A stretch of 58,190 nt of DNA from a virus (Duplodnaviria > Caudoviricetes). The notes beneath the pieces are model-generated. The model had not been told where the DNA came from and searched no databases. It worked only from the letters and a program-made list of their open reading frames with translations. The position numbers were made by a program, and so were the translations under genes. Below are positions 48,791-58,190 of this stretch, piece by piece (position 1 is the first letter of the stretch; each line of letters begins with the position of its first letter). Location of the stretch: the IMG/VR virus record IMGVR_UViG_3300027861_000036, positions 1 to 58,190 of that record, one strand, 5' to 3'.

Positions 48791-51634
48791 ATGAAAAAGA
48801 TAAAAGTAAATTCATTACCTGAAGGTTTTAAAGTCATAAACGGCAGAATTGTTGAAGCTAAAAAACACGGTGGTAATACTACTGGTGACCAATCTCAATT
48901 TGGTTTAGTAACAACTGGTACTAATTCTTCAGAAAATATAGATGAAACATCTGTTAGGTATAGTCTAATGCGTGTACCTAAAGATGAAGCAAACATAGAA
49001 GCTGAAGGAGGAGAAACTGTTCTTACAGATCTTAATGGTGATGGCAAGTTTGGTCTTTATGATATTAGAGGTCCAAGGCACAATAAAGGTGGTGTCCCTT
49101 TAAACTTACCCCCACAATCTTTTGTCTTTTCAGATTTTAATAAACTTCTCTTTAATAAGAAGGAAATGGCAGAGTTTGGTCTTGAGACTAAAAAAAGATT
49201 AACCCCTGCTAAAATATCTAAGAAGTACGGGCTTAATGAATATCATGGTAAAATCAATGATGATTATGCAGATGATATTCAAGTGACAAGTGCTGAATTA
49301 ATGTTAGCTAAAAACGGAGGACAATTATCTAAATTAGCTTTTATGCAAGAAGCTAAGAAGAATTTTTCTGATGGTGTCCCTGTATCATCACATCCTTATT
49401 TAATTTCTATAGGTGAAGACCCTATAGAGTTTACAGCAAAGATTGAAGAGATTTCAAGACAGCAGGCTCAACAACAAATTATAGAAGGTCTTCCACCAGA
49501 ACAACAAATGCAGATAGCTCAGTTACAGCAGTATATGCAACAAGTAGATCAGCAGCAGCAAGGACAGCAACAAGGACCTCAAGACCAAGGTATGCAGATG
49601 CCTCCTGAGATGCAACAGATGCAAGGTATGCAACAAGGAATGCCTCCTCAAGGTCAGGGTATGATGCCTCCACCTCCTGATATGAATCCTCAACAGATGG
49701 CACAAATGGGTTATGAGATGCAAGATATGGGAGAGTATAATCCATATGATATGCCTATGGCTCAACAAGGAGGAGGTGGGTTCTGGGATATATTAAAAGA
49801 GGCAGGTACAGGTGTTTATGACGAAATGCAAAAACAAGAAGAAGAAAGAAGAAAGAATGCAAAAATAAAAGACCAAGAAGAGAGGATAAAGAGATTAATT
49901 CAAAGATTGGACAATGAAGGTATTTTACCAGATGCGGTAAGAAATAATCCTGAATTATTATTAAATAGAGATATAAGAGAGGCGTTACGAGCTGCATCTG
50001 AAAGTTTAAATGACCTTGATCAGTATGATCCACCACTAACAGTGGAAGAAGTTGCATCTAATGTTAATGATCTAGTAAATCAACAAGCACAAGAATTACC
50101 TAATTATACAACACAAAGTACAACGCAAACTACAACACCAGGCCCAGATCCTGATGATCCAAAAAAGAAAAAGAAAAAGAAAAGGAATGGTAAAAAAACA
50201 GAAAGAGCATATGATCCAGATATAGATGATGAAGGTTTTCATAGAGCTGAAGATGTAAAGGTAGGTGAGGAATACTATCAGCCAGTTCAACGTCAAGGTC
50301 CTGAAGGATATGGTGGTGCCAGTAAAAATGTAACAGGTTATGAAGAAGGATGGGAGAAAAAATATGATAAGTATGAAGAATTAATGGAAGCTATTGAAAA
50401 AGTAGATGGACAAGGGGAAATAAAAGAAGTACGTGACTTTCAATTATGGCATAATAATGAGTATATTCCTAATACAGTTAAGGAGTATGGAGAGCAAATG
50501 AAAGCTGCAGGTAAATCTTGGACAACAGCAGATGAAACTTATTGGGTAAATAAACTTCTTAAAGAGCATGGTTTTGATTCTACCAAAGATGGTAGACATT
50601 TAGATGGTAAATGGGGTACATTTACATCTTCAAGAAGACCTTTTCAATTTGACCCTATTACAAACGAACCTGTTAAACAACCTGAAACACCAGTTGAACC
50701 AGTTGAACCAAAAGTTAAAAAACCATTAGAAGTACCGGATTATGCATCTACTTATAGACCTCCTGTATGGGCTCCTTGGATGCAAGACTTAATATTAGAG
50801 GATGCTATTGCAGATACAAGAATTAATAAATATGGACCTTGGCAACCACCTGTTCAGAAACCTGAATTAGATTATGTGTTAGAAGATCCTACAAGAGGTA
50901 TAGCAGCTCAAAATGAACAATTTAATATAATGGCTCAAGGAATGGGTGCTATTATGGGATCTCAACAATATGCTGCAAACATGGCAGAACAACAAGGAAA
51001 AAATGCTGCAAATTTAGCTAACTGGATTGGTTCTGTAAATAACAGGAATGTTAGCACTATAAATAAAACCTTTGGTCAACAAGCTAAATATGATTGGATG
51101 GCTAACCAAGAACAAGACAGAAGGAGCGTTGCAGTTCATGATGGATGGAATAAAACAAATGAGCTTTATGACCAACAGATAAATGCCAGAAATAAAGCTG
51201 CTGCAGAACAAAGGGTTAATACAATAACAAATGCTGCAAACACCTTTAATTTAAATACTATAAATCCTTATTATGCCATAGACCCTAGAACAGGAGGTAT
51301 AATAAATCAGATTAATAGTAAAGCCTGGGATTATGCTGAACAACCAACAACTCAAAGTCTTGCAGTAAGAACGGGTCAATTTGTTAGGGATTATGAAGCA
51401 GAGAATCCTGGAAAAACACCTTCAGATAAAATGATAGAAACATGGATGAAGAATCAGTATCCTCAACAACAAACAACTCAAGAAACAAACATGCAAAGGT
51501 GGTATAATAATCAACCTTCAGGAGGTTTTGATAGTAGAAGAGGATATTCACAAGCAGGTGGTCAATATATGCAAGAAGGGGGAGAAGTAAAACCTATAAT
51601 TGTTCCATTTTTTATAGGTGCTACAGGAATATAA
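48791..51634 (+). CDS. Putative cargo/internal virion protein with an EAEGGE-H-FSD N-domain and a Q/M/P-rich region
   Basis: ANIEAEGGETVL, GPRHNKGGV and FVFSD; DGKWG.FT PG-binding-like motif; ends with tandem SQAGG and MQEGG motifs. Confidence 0.65.
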   Translation: MKKIKVNSLPEGFKVINGRIVEAKKHGGNTTGDQSQFGLVTTGTNSSENIDETSVRYSLMRVPKDEANIEAEGGETVLTDLNGDGKFGLYDIRGPRHNKGGVPLNLPPQSFVFSDFNKLLFNKKEMAEFGLETKKRLTPAKISKKYGLNEYHGKINDDYADDIQVTSAELMLAKNGGQLSKLAFMQEAKKNFSDGVPVSSHPYLISIGEDPIEFTAKIEEISRQQAQQQIIEGLPPEQQMQIAQLQQYMQQVDQQQQGQQQGPQDQGMQMPPEMQQMQGMQQGMPPQGQGMMPPPPDMNPQQMAQMGYEMQDMGEYNPYDMPMAQQGGGGFWDILKEAGTGVYDEMQKQEEERRKNAKIKDQEERIKRLIQRLDNEGILPDAVRNNPELLLNRDIREALRAASESLNDLDQYDPPLTVEEVASNVNDLVNQQAQELPNYTTQSTTQTTTPGPDPDDPKKKKKKKRNGKKTERAYDPDIDDEGFHRAEDVKVGEEYYQPVQRQGPEGYGGASKNVTGYEEGWEKKYDKYEELMEAIEKVDGQGEIKEVRDFQLWHNNEYIPNTVKEYGEQMKAAGKSWTTADETYWVNKLLKEHGFDSTKDGRHLDGKWGTFTSSRRPFQFDPITNEPVKQPETPVEPVEPKVKKPLEVPDYASTYRPPVWAPWMQDLILEDAIADTRINKYGPWQPPVQKPELDYVLEDPTRGIAAQNEQFNIMAQGMGAIMGSQQYAANMAEQQGKNAANLANWIGSVNNRNVSTINKTFGQQAKYDWMANQEQDRRSVAVHDGWNKTNELYDQQINARNKAAAEQRVNTITNAANTFNLNTINPYYAIDPRTGGIINQINSKAWDYAEQPTTQSLAVRTGQFVRDYEAENPGKTPSDKMIETWMKNQYPQQQTTQETNMQRWYNNQPSGGFDSRRGYSQAGGQYMQEGGEVKPIIVPFFIGATGI

Positions 51635-51692
51635 ACCTTTAAAGTGTATGCAATACATTTTAAAGATTCAATAAATTATATTAATTTAGATT

Positions 51693-54600
51693 ATGGCAAC
51701 ATATGTACCGGGTATTCCAAGCTATATGCCAACATGGAAAACCTTCACACCAGACTATAAGTTTCTAAGTGATGTTTTAGAAACAAAGACAAATAGATAT
51801 AACACTAACCATAAAGAAATTAACGATCTTTATAGTAAGGTTGTTTATGCTGATTTATCAAGAGAGGATACTCAAAATTTAAGAGATCAATATGCTAATG
51901 GATTAGGTGCTCAAATGCAAAAAATAGCAGGTATAGATTTATCTATAATGCAAAATGTAGATGCTGCTAAAGCATTGTTTAAACCTTTTTATGAAGAAGA
52001 TATAATAGTAAAAGATCTTGTACACACAAAAAATTTAGCTACACAGCAAAGACAGGCTGAAGCTATGAGAACATCTTTAGATGATGAAATAAGAAGACGT
52101 TATTGGTCTACAGGCATGGAGGTTTTACAATTTAAACATCAGGATTTTATTAATGCTACAGAAGAAGAAGCATTAGCTATGCCTTTGCAAAAATTTGTAC
52201 CAGATGCAGATCTTTATAATATGACAATGAAGTATTTAGAAGGTCAGGGATATAATGTAACATTACCATCTGAAAGCCCGGATGGTAAATGGATAGTAAA
52301 AACCACTAATGGTGCTGTAATAACTAAACAAGCATTAGCAGATGCAACAGCAGCATTAGCAGATGATCCTTTAGTACGAAAAGCTTATGAAGCAGATGCT
52401 TATGTAAGATCAAGAAAACATGCAGATAAAGCAATGGAAGAAGGGTCTGCTGCATCAGTAACAGAGGGGATGGCACAATGGGGCAGAACTGAAATAGAAA
52501 ACACAACAAAGCAAATAGGTACAAAAGTAATTGAACTGGAAAAACAAAAAGTTTACTTATCAAAGCAAAAAGGAAAGTGGGATAAGTATGATAAAAAATA
52601 TGGTATTATACCCGGTAGTCCTGATGATGTAAACAGACAAAAAATATTAAGTGCTTTAGATGCTACAAATGTAGATATAAACAGATATACCAAAGCAGCA
52701 GAAGAAGCTACACAATTGATGACTGATGGTGATGATAAGCAGATAATAAACAGAGCTTATAACATTTTTATGGCTAATAATATTAATGGTGATATAGCTG
52801 AAGCAGCATTAAATTATAGTAATAAAACTAAAAAAGTAGAGCTTGAGGTTAATCAATATAAAATGAATGAGATTAAATTTAATCAAGATATCTATTTAAA
52901 AAACTTAGGGCATCAGCATAGAATGTCTGAAATTAAATTTAAACAAGATTTAGAGGATGCAGCAAAAGAAGAAGAAAATAGATTAAACCAAGCTGTACGA
53001 GATATTTTAACAGGTGGCACTGGAAGCAGTATGGGAGATGCAACTATACCTTTAGGATCACGTGATCCGGATTATGTAGGTGATTATCAAAACGGAGTGG
53101 TAAAAGATAATACAGAATTAGTTAATGATGAAGCACAAGCTGTAGCTGAACTTTTAGCAGAAAATTCAACTGATGAGCAAAAACAAAGTAATGAATATGT
53201 TTTAGATGGGGAATGGGCAGGTGAAGGTGCAACTATAATAAATAATGATGATGGCACTGTAACAACAAAGGTGAGCGGGGTTAATTTACAAAGTGTATTA
53301 GCAAATGAACAAAACAGAGAAGCTTTTCAAAATCTATATCAAATAAAATCTTCAGAGGTTAGTAATATAGACAAGCAAGCATCTCCAGATGATAAAGGTG
53401 TAATTGCAAGCAACTTTAATAAATTTAGAAATTTAAGAGATAGAAGATTTAAGTTAGAAGATGCAGATACCAAGTATAATGAAATGCTTTATAAAAATTG
53501 GCAGGAATTAACTAAAAAAGTGACTAAAGCAAGTGTTGAATATGATGGAACAGTTTCTGAACCAACAACGTATGATGAGATATTAAAAAGTATTTTTGGT
53601 GTGAGAGCTGGTGATGATCCTTCAATATTAGATCCTGTTACAAGCTATTTGTTTGGCCCAGAAGTAGCTAAAAATCAAGCAGCTTCTAGGATAAGAAAAA
53701 GAACAAAAATAGAAGAAGAAGAAGAAAGAAAGCATATTGCTATTAATAAAGCGTTATTTAAAACAGATAATAATGGCAAAAATCCAAGATTAAGAACACA
53801 AGAAGAATATGCTAACTATCTTATAAAAGAAAATCCTGAATTAGGAGATTTAATGTCAGCAGAAAATGAAAACACAGTATGGAATGCAATAAAAGTTTCA
53901 AGCGGATGGTCAAAACCTTCTGTAAATTATCCACAAGCAGCAGAAGGTCGTTTAAAAGAGCATCTTGTAGAAAAATATAACCAGCATGTAGCAGTATTAA
54001 ATAAAGCTACATCAGGTAGATTTAATATACCTACTTCAGTTGATGATGTAGAAGGAGCAAGTCAACGATATAAAGGCGGGACATGGTCAGATGTGCATGA
54101 TTATGGCTCTAAACCAGGAAATGCTGGAGATATACTTCAACATGGGCCTATAACTCAAGTCATTACACCAGGAAGCTATGATTTAGATCAGGTTATTATG
54201 TTGGATAGTTATGTAGATCAGTTAAAAAATGGACAAGAAAATATCTATAGACTTGCAGATGGAGAAATAGCTGATACTGAAAAAGCAGAAAGAGTATTAG
54301 CTTATGCTAATGAGCATCTGTTAAGAGGTAGTGGCTCAGGAGAGCAAAAAGAAGCATTAACTATAGTATATAATAAAATGACTCCTGGTGGAGATCCTGA
54401 TAATCCTGACCCTACTAATCCTGTTGCTGCATATACAATAAAATTAAACCCTCAAGTTGTAAAAGATTTAACAACAGCAAGTTCAGGTTCAGCACAAACA
54501 AATATTCTTGACGCAGGTGATCTTGCTAATTATTCTACTATTAAAATAGAGTTTCCGTTAGAAAGTGATTTAAGCCCCTATAGTGTTGAAAATCAAAAGT

Positions 54601-54914
54601 TTTCAGCAGTAGATTATAAATTAAAAGCATCAAAAAATGGTTCATATTCAGAAACTATACCTAATGGGGGATCATACACAGTACGTCAAACAGCAGGTGG
54701 TGTATGGATAGATGTACAACCTATGAATTTTAAAAAAGGAGGTGATAATAATGCATGGGGGATGTATGCAGATGATTGGATACCAAAACAGCTAGGAAAT
54801 AAAAAGGACTGGGATAAAAATATAGATGCAGCTGTAGCTAAATTATTAGAATTTTCTAATATTAATACAATTAATAAAAGAGCTAAAGCTCTTGAGCTAA
54901 GAAATAAAAAATAA
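51693..54914 (+). CDS. Putative ejected/internal virion protein (helical)
   Basis: 1073 aa, coiled-coil-rich N-half, within the cargo block. Confidence 0.65.
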   Translation: MATYVPGIPSYMPTWKTFTPDYKFLSDVLETKTNRYNTNHKEINDLYSKVVYADLSREDTQNLRDQYANGLGAQMQKIAGIDLSIMQNVDAAKALFKPFYEEDIIVKDLVHTKNLATQQRQAEAMRTSLDDEIRRRYWSTGMEVLQFKHQDFINATEEEALAMPLQKFVPDADLYNMTMKYLEGQGYNVTLPSESPDGKWIVKTTNGAVITKQALADATAALADDPLVRKAYEADAYVRSRKHADKAMEEGSAASVTEGMAQWGRTEIENTTKQIGTKVIELEKQKVYLSKQKGKWDKYDKKYGIIPGSPDDVNRQKILSALDATNVDINRYTKAAEEATQLMTDGDDKQIINRAYNIFMANNINGDIAEAALNYSNKTKKVELEVNQYKMNEIKFNQDIYLKNLGHQHRMSEIKFKQDLEDAAKEEENRLNQAVRDILTGGTGSSMGDATIPLGSRDPDYVGDYQNGVVKDNTELVNDEAQAVAELLAENSTDEQKQSNEYVLDGEWAGEGATIINNDDGTVTTKVSGVNLQSVLANEQNREAFQNLYQIKSSEVSNIDKQASPDDKGVIASNFNKFRNLRDRRFKLEDADTKYNEMLYKNWQELTKKVTKASVEYDGTVSEPTTYDEILKSIFGVRAGDDPSILDPVTSYLFGPEVAKNQAASRIRKRTKIEEEEERKHIAINKALFKTDNNGKNPRLRTQEEYANYLIKENPELGDLMSAENENTVWNAIKVSSGWSKPSVNYPQAAEGRLKEHLVEKYNQHVAVLNKATSGRFNIPTSVDDVEGASQRYKGGTWSDVHDYGSKPGNAGDILQHGPITQVITPGSYDLDQVIMLDSYVDQLKNGQENIYRLADGEIADTEKAERVLAYANEHLLRGSGSGEQKEALTIVYNKMTPGGDPDNPDPTNPVAAYTIKLNPQVVKDLTTASSGSAQTNILDAGDLANYSTIKIEFPLESDLSPYSVENQKFSAVDYKLKASKNGSYSETIPNGGSYTVRQTAGGVWIDVQPMNFKKGGDNNAWGMYADDWIPKQLGNKKDWDKNIDAAVAKLLEFSNINTINKRAKALELRNKK

Positions 54915-54920
54915 AAAATA

Positions 54921-57900
54921 ATGGGATATCCTGAGACACCGTTAATACCAACAAATAGCACTTTTACATATGAAAATGTAGATGATCTTATTACAACTCC
55001 TGATATGTCAGAGTTAGCACGGACTCTGGATCCTGAGTATATGGGTATGATTGATAGCTTAGTGCCTATTATAAATCCATATTCTATACCTTCTGTTGGT
55101 AATTTAAATCAACCTACACCAACAAGAGCTACTTTAACATATGACCCCTTAAAACAACAGACACCTCCTGATTATTCAACTGAAGAAGGAAAAAGAAGGG
55201 GTATACAAGATTTATTTAATAATATAGATAAAGCTAGTAAAGACACATCTGTATTTGATCAAAAAGATCCCGTTAGATCAAATATAGCAGCAACAAATTT
55301 TGAGCGTTACTATCATCACCCAAACTTTAAAAAATTAGGATGGCAGCCTTATAGAGATAATGAATCCTACTATAATGCTAATTCAACTTTCACTGATGAT
55401 TTAGGTAGAATGTGGGGTCAGTTACAAAATTTAACAACAACAGGTTTTGTTTCTGCTTATAGATCCTGGGGTGATATGTTTGATAATGATGCATATTTCA
55501 CAGGAAAAGATTTAGATTCTGCAAGAGAATTCTCAGATGCTATGAGAATTGGTAATTCAACAAGAGAGGGTATTGGTCATTTTGCAAATAATATATTATT
55601 ACAATCTGGTTATACAATAGGTATTATAGGTTCAATAGCTGCAGAAGAACTTGCATTAGCAGGTGCTACAGCTTTAACAGGTGGTGGTTTTGCTCCTATA
55701 GCGGGTGTAAAAACAGGAGCTAATGTAGAAAAAGTTGTTAGAGCTACTGGTAATCTTTTTGGTATTAAAAAAGCATGGAATGGTAGTAAAGCTATGCTAC
55801 AATCTTTTAATAATGTTGATAAATCAAGAGCTTTTTATCATACTTTAAAAGCTACACCGGGTGCTTTAGCTAAAGGGTTAAAGCATGTTGTAGCACCTGA
55901 AACAATGTATGCTTGGAAAAGATTAGGCACTACAAAAAATGTAACACAAAACTTATCTAATTTTTTAAAGTCATCATCTACGTATGGTGCTTTTTATAGA
56001 GATATCAGAGGTTTGAATTATGCATTGTCAGAATCTAAGATGGAGGGTGGTATGGTATATGACCAGGTTATGGCTAATGGTTATGCTATTAAATCTGCAG
56101 AAAACAATGGGGGAGCATTGACAGATGAACAAATGAAAGCTGTGGTTGAAGGTGCTAATAATGCTGGATATTATACTACATTAACAAACGCACCTGTTAT
56201 ATACATTACAAATCAATTAACACTTGGTAATGCATTTGGTGCTTATAGAAAATCATTATCAAGATTAATTGGAGATGGAATTAAAGGGTTACCTAAAGGG
56301 ATAGCTAAAGGGAAAACTTTTATTAAAGGTAAAGCTGCAAAAGATGTTTTTGTAAATGTAGGAGATGGTTTTAAAGGTTACCTAAAAAGAATTAAAACTG
56401 TAGGTTTTGGTAAAGCTGGTGTAAGTGCCTCTCTTAGATATTTTAGTGCTAATGTTGGAGAAGGAATTCAGGAATTAGCACAGGAAGCAATTGCTCATGG
56501 TACAGAACACTACTGGCAAGCAATTATTAAAGATCCGGCAGCACAAAATTATGATGTATGGAAAACCAGCATAAGTTCTGCTATGGGTAGTCAATTTAGT
56601 GCTCAGGGTTTTGAAACGTTTATGTCAGGTTTTTTAATGGGTGGTATTGTACAAGGACCACAAAAGATTTTATTTCAAGGTATACCAGGTTTAAAAAACC
56701 ATATTTTTAATAGGGAACAGACAGCGACTTATAAAAAGGGAAGAAAAGCTACTATAGATGGGCTTGTTGATACATTTAATAAGCAGTGGAACAGAGGTGT
56801 TGTAAATGACTTGAATCTTCTTATAGATCCAAGTAAGGTTAATCTTGTAGCACAAAAGAATGCTTCAGATAATAAAAAACAAGATGCGCTTAATCAAAGT
56901 CAATATGACTTTATGGATGCAGAGTTAGACTCAAGGTTTCAAAATGCTGTTACTATTATAGATAATGGTAGCATGCACTTGTTTGAAGAACAAATGCAGG
57001 ATTATCTAAAACTTACCAATGAAGAATTAGCTGAAGCATTCCCTTCATTTAAAGATGATATTGAAAATGGTAAGTTAAAATCAAAAATCCAAAAACAACT
57101 TACATTCCTCAAGCAGCTTAAAAAAAGTGATACCAGCCTTAAAGATCTATATCCAAGTCCTGTTGATTTAAGCCAGTTTAAAGAAGGTACTAAAGAGCAT
57201 TTAGATGCTGTATTAGAGGATATGGCTTGGAAACACGCTAGGAATTTAGCATTGTTTACAAGAACAGATTTTAAGAATACATTGGAAAGAATGAATTCTA
57301 TATTTGAAACTCTACAAAATGATCCTGTATTTGAAGGTATGGCAGCAAATGATATTACGGTTGTACTATCAAAAAAAGGTTTAGCTAAAGAACTTTTATT
57401 TCTTAAACAAGAAATAGACTTGTTGGATGATTCTGCTGAAAACAAAGAGCAAAAAAAGAATAAAACAATTAAGTATACAGAGTTATCTAAAATAAGTGAT
57501 ATTTTATATGGTGAGAAAAATCAAAAAGATGGAGAGTTTGATTCTGCAAAAATAGATAAATTCTATAGTAGATTTAGACTGTATATTAAAAAGCTAGCAG
57601 GGATTAATCAATTTCAAAAAAAGGTTTTTGAAGATGAGAGTGCAATACAAGAGGTTTTAATAAAAGTAATTGACCATATAAAATTAGGAGAGAGAGCTGA
57701 TGCTTATGCACGTTCTATAGAATATTTAAATAATCCTGAAAGTTTTAAGGAAATAGCTGATAGACAAGCTGTGTATTTTAAAGAGTTGCATAAAAATTTA
57801 AAAACACACTTTGAAGATAATGTCAAGGATTCTATAAAAAATGATGAGATTAATCAGTTTTTAAACGCATTAGCACAACAAGGTGTCTATGTAGATCCGG

Positions 57901-58190
57901 AACAATTAGAAGTGTTTATTAAAACAGGTGATGTAAATGCAATTACTAAATATTATAGTGAAGATGGGAAAGTAACAGAAGGTAATTTTATTATAGAGGT
58001 GCTTAAACGTTCATATACAGAAGCAACAAAACCTGAAGCACTTAAAGTAGAAACTGAGGCTGGGGAAGATGAAGGTGATTTTGTTGAAACAACTAAAGAT
58101 ACATCTGATTTACTTGATGAATATAATTTAGAGCAAAGCCCTCCTATAAAAATATATAATACAACAAATATAGAATCACCATTTATAGCT
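54921..58190 (+). CDS. Giant cargo protein with membrane-channel-like hydrophobic helices; 3' end truncated by the window
   Basis: ATG at 54921 (MGYPETPL) and the last codons are in the same frame (1090 codons); GYTIGIIGSIAAEELALAGATALTGGG, ANVGEGIQELAQEAI and FMSGFLMGGIV; absent from the ORF track, consistent with having no stop in the window. Confidence 0.8.
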   Translation, partial: MGYPETPLIPTNSTFTYENVDDLITTPDMSELARTLDPEYMGMIDSLVPIINPYSIPSVGNLNQPTPTRATLTYDPLKQQTPPDYSTEEGKRRGIQDLFNNIDKASKDTSVFDQKDPVRSNIAATNFERYYHHPNFKKLGWQPYRDNESYYNANSTFTDDLGRMWGQLQNLTTTGFVSAYRSWGDMFDNDAYFTGKDLDSAREFSDAMRIGNSTREGIGHFANNILLQSGYTIGIIGSIAAEELALAGATALTGGGFAPIAGVKTGANVEKVVRATGNLFGIKKAWNGSKAMLQSFNNVDKSRAFYHTLKATPGALAKGLKHVVAPETMYAWKRLGTTKNVTQNLSNFLKSSSTYGAFYRDIRGLNYALSESKMEGGMVYDQVMANGYAIKSAENNGGALTDEQMKAVVEGANNAGYYTTLTNAPVIYITNQLTLGNAFGAYRKSLSRLIGDGIKGLPKGIAKGKTFIKGKAAKDVFVNVGDGFKGYLKRIKTVGFGKAGVSASLRYFSANVGEGIQELAQEAIAHGTEHYWQAIIKDPAAQNYDVWKTSISSAMGSQFSAQGFETFMSGFLMGGIVQGPQKILFQGIPGLKNHIFNREQTATYKKGRKATIDGLVDTFNKQWNRGVVNDLNLLIDPSKVNLVAQKNASDNKKQDALNQSQYDFMDAELDSRFQNAVTIIDNGSMHLFEEQMQDYLKLTNEELAEAFPSFKDDIENGKLKSKIQKQLTFLKQLKKSDTSLKDLYPSPVDLSQFKEGTKEHLDAVLEDMAWKHARNLALFTRTDFKNTLERMNSIFETLQNDPVFEGMAANDITVVLSKKGLAKELLFLKQEIDLLDDSAENKEQKKNKTIKYTELSKISDILYGEKNQKDGEFDSAKIDKFYSRFRLYIKKLAGINQFQKKVFEDESAIQEVLIKVIDHIKLGERADAYARSIEYLNNPESFKEIADRQAVYFKELHKNLKTHFEDNVKDSIKNDEINQFLNALAQQGVYVDPEQLEVFIKTGDVNAITKYYSEDGKVTEGNFIIEVLKRSYTEATKPEALKVETEAGEDEGDFVETTKDTSDLLDEYNLEQSPPIKIYNTTNIESPFIA

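Noticed and set aside
2005-54914. Stop-codon reassignment, as in some crAss-like phages
   Set aside because: Genes are intact and tightly packed under code 11; TAG (3567, 12138) and TGA (2656, 5593, 11427, 35681) act as stops at sensible boundaries.
2312-57445. Many short minus-strand ORFs in the track
   Set aside because: They are antisense shadows of long + strand genes, rich in L/F/S/I as expected from complementing A-rich codons.

Overview
This window is the virion-morphogenesis half of a large, AT-rich, crAss-like (Crassvirales sensu lato) podophage, probably infecting Bacteroidota. Nearly everything from 2.0 kb on is on the + strand: endolysin, HU/IHF-like protein, PD-(D/E)XK nuclease, GroES-like co-chaperonin, large terminase, portal, acidic scaffold-like protein, major capsid, ring/tail and Cys-rich fibre proteins, and a 2571-aa muzzle/stabilisation protein. 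Five giant candidate cargo (ejected) proteins follow; the last starts at 54921, is missing from the ORF track and runs off the window. Three things stand out. (1) The cargo ORFs at 35678-51634 are strings of unrelated modules (zincin peptidase, L,D-transpeptidase, lytic transglycosylase, GNAT-like, beta-barrel-like and others) separated about 35 times by a short [AYFKM]-[QK]-x-G(G) linker. This looks like a processed or shuffled effector polyprotein system. (2) An ORF-poor stretch of about 800 nt at 386-1163 folds into many helices whose mismatches are mostly G.U on the minus strand, with crossing long-range pairings. It is a candidate large ncRNA lying just downstream of a GC-rich gene with an HeH-like C-terminus. 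(3) Several small intergenic + strand RNA structures carry U/G-rich loops. One (25707-25782) is complementary to an AAAACCAA(C/T) motif just upstream of four phage start codons. All functional calls come from motif recognition and gene order by eye; no database searches were run.
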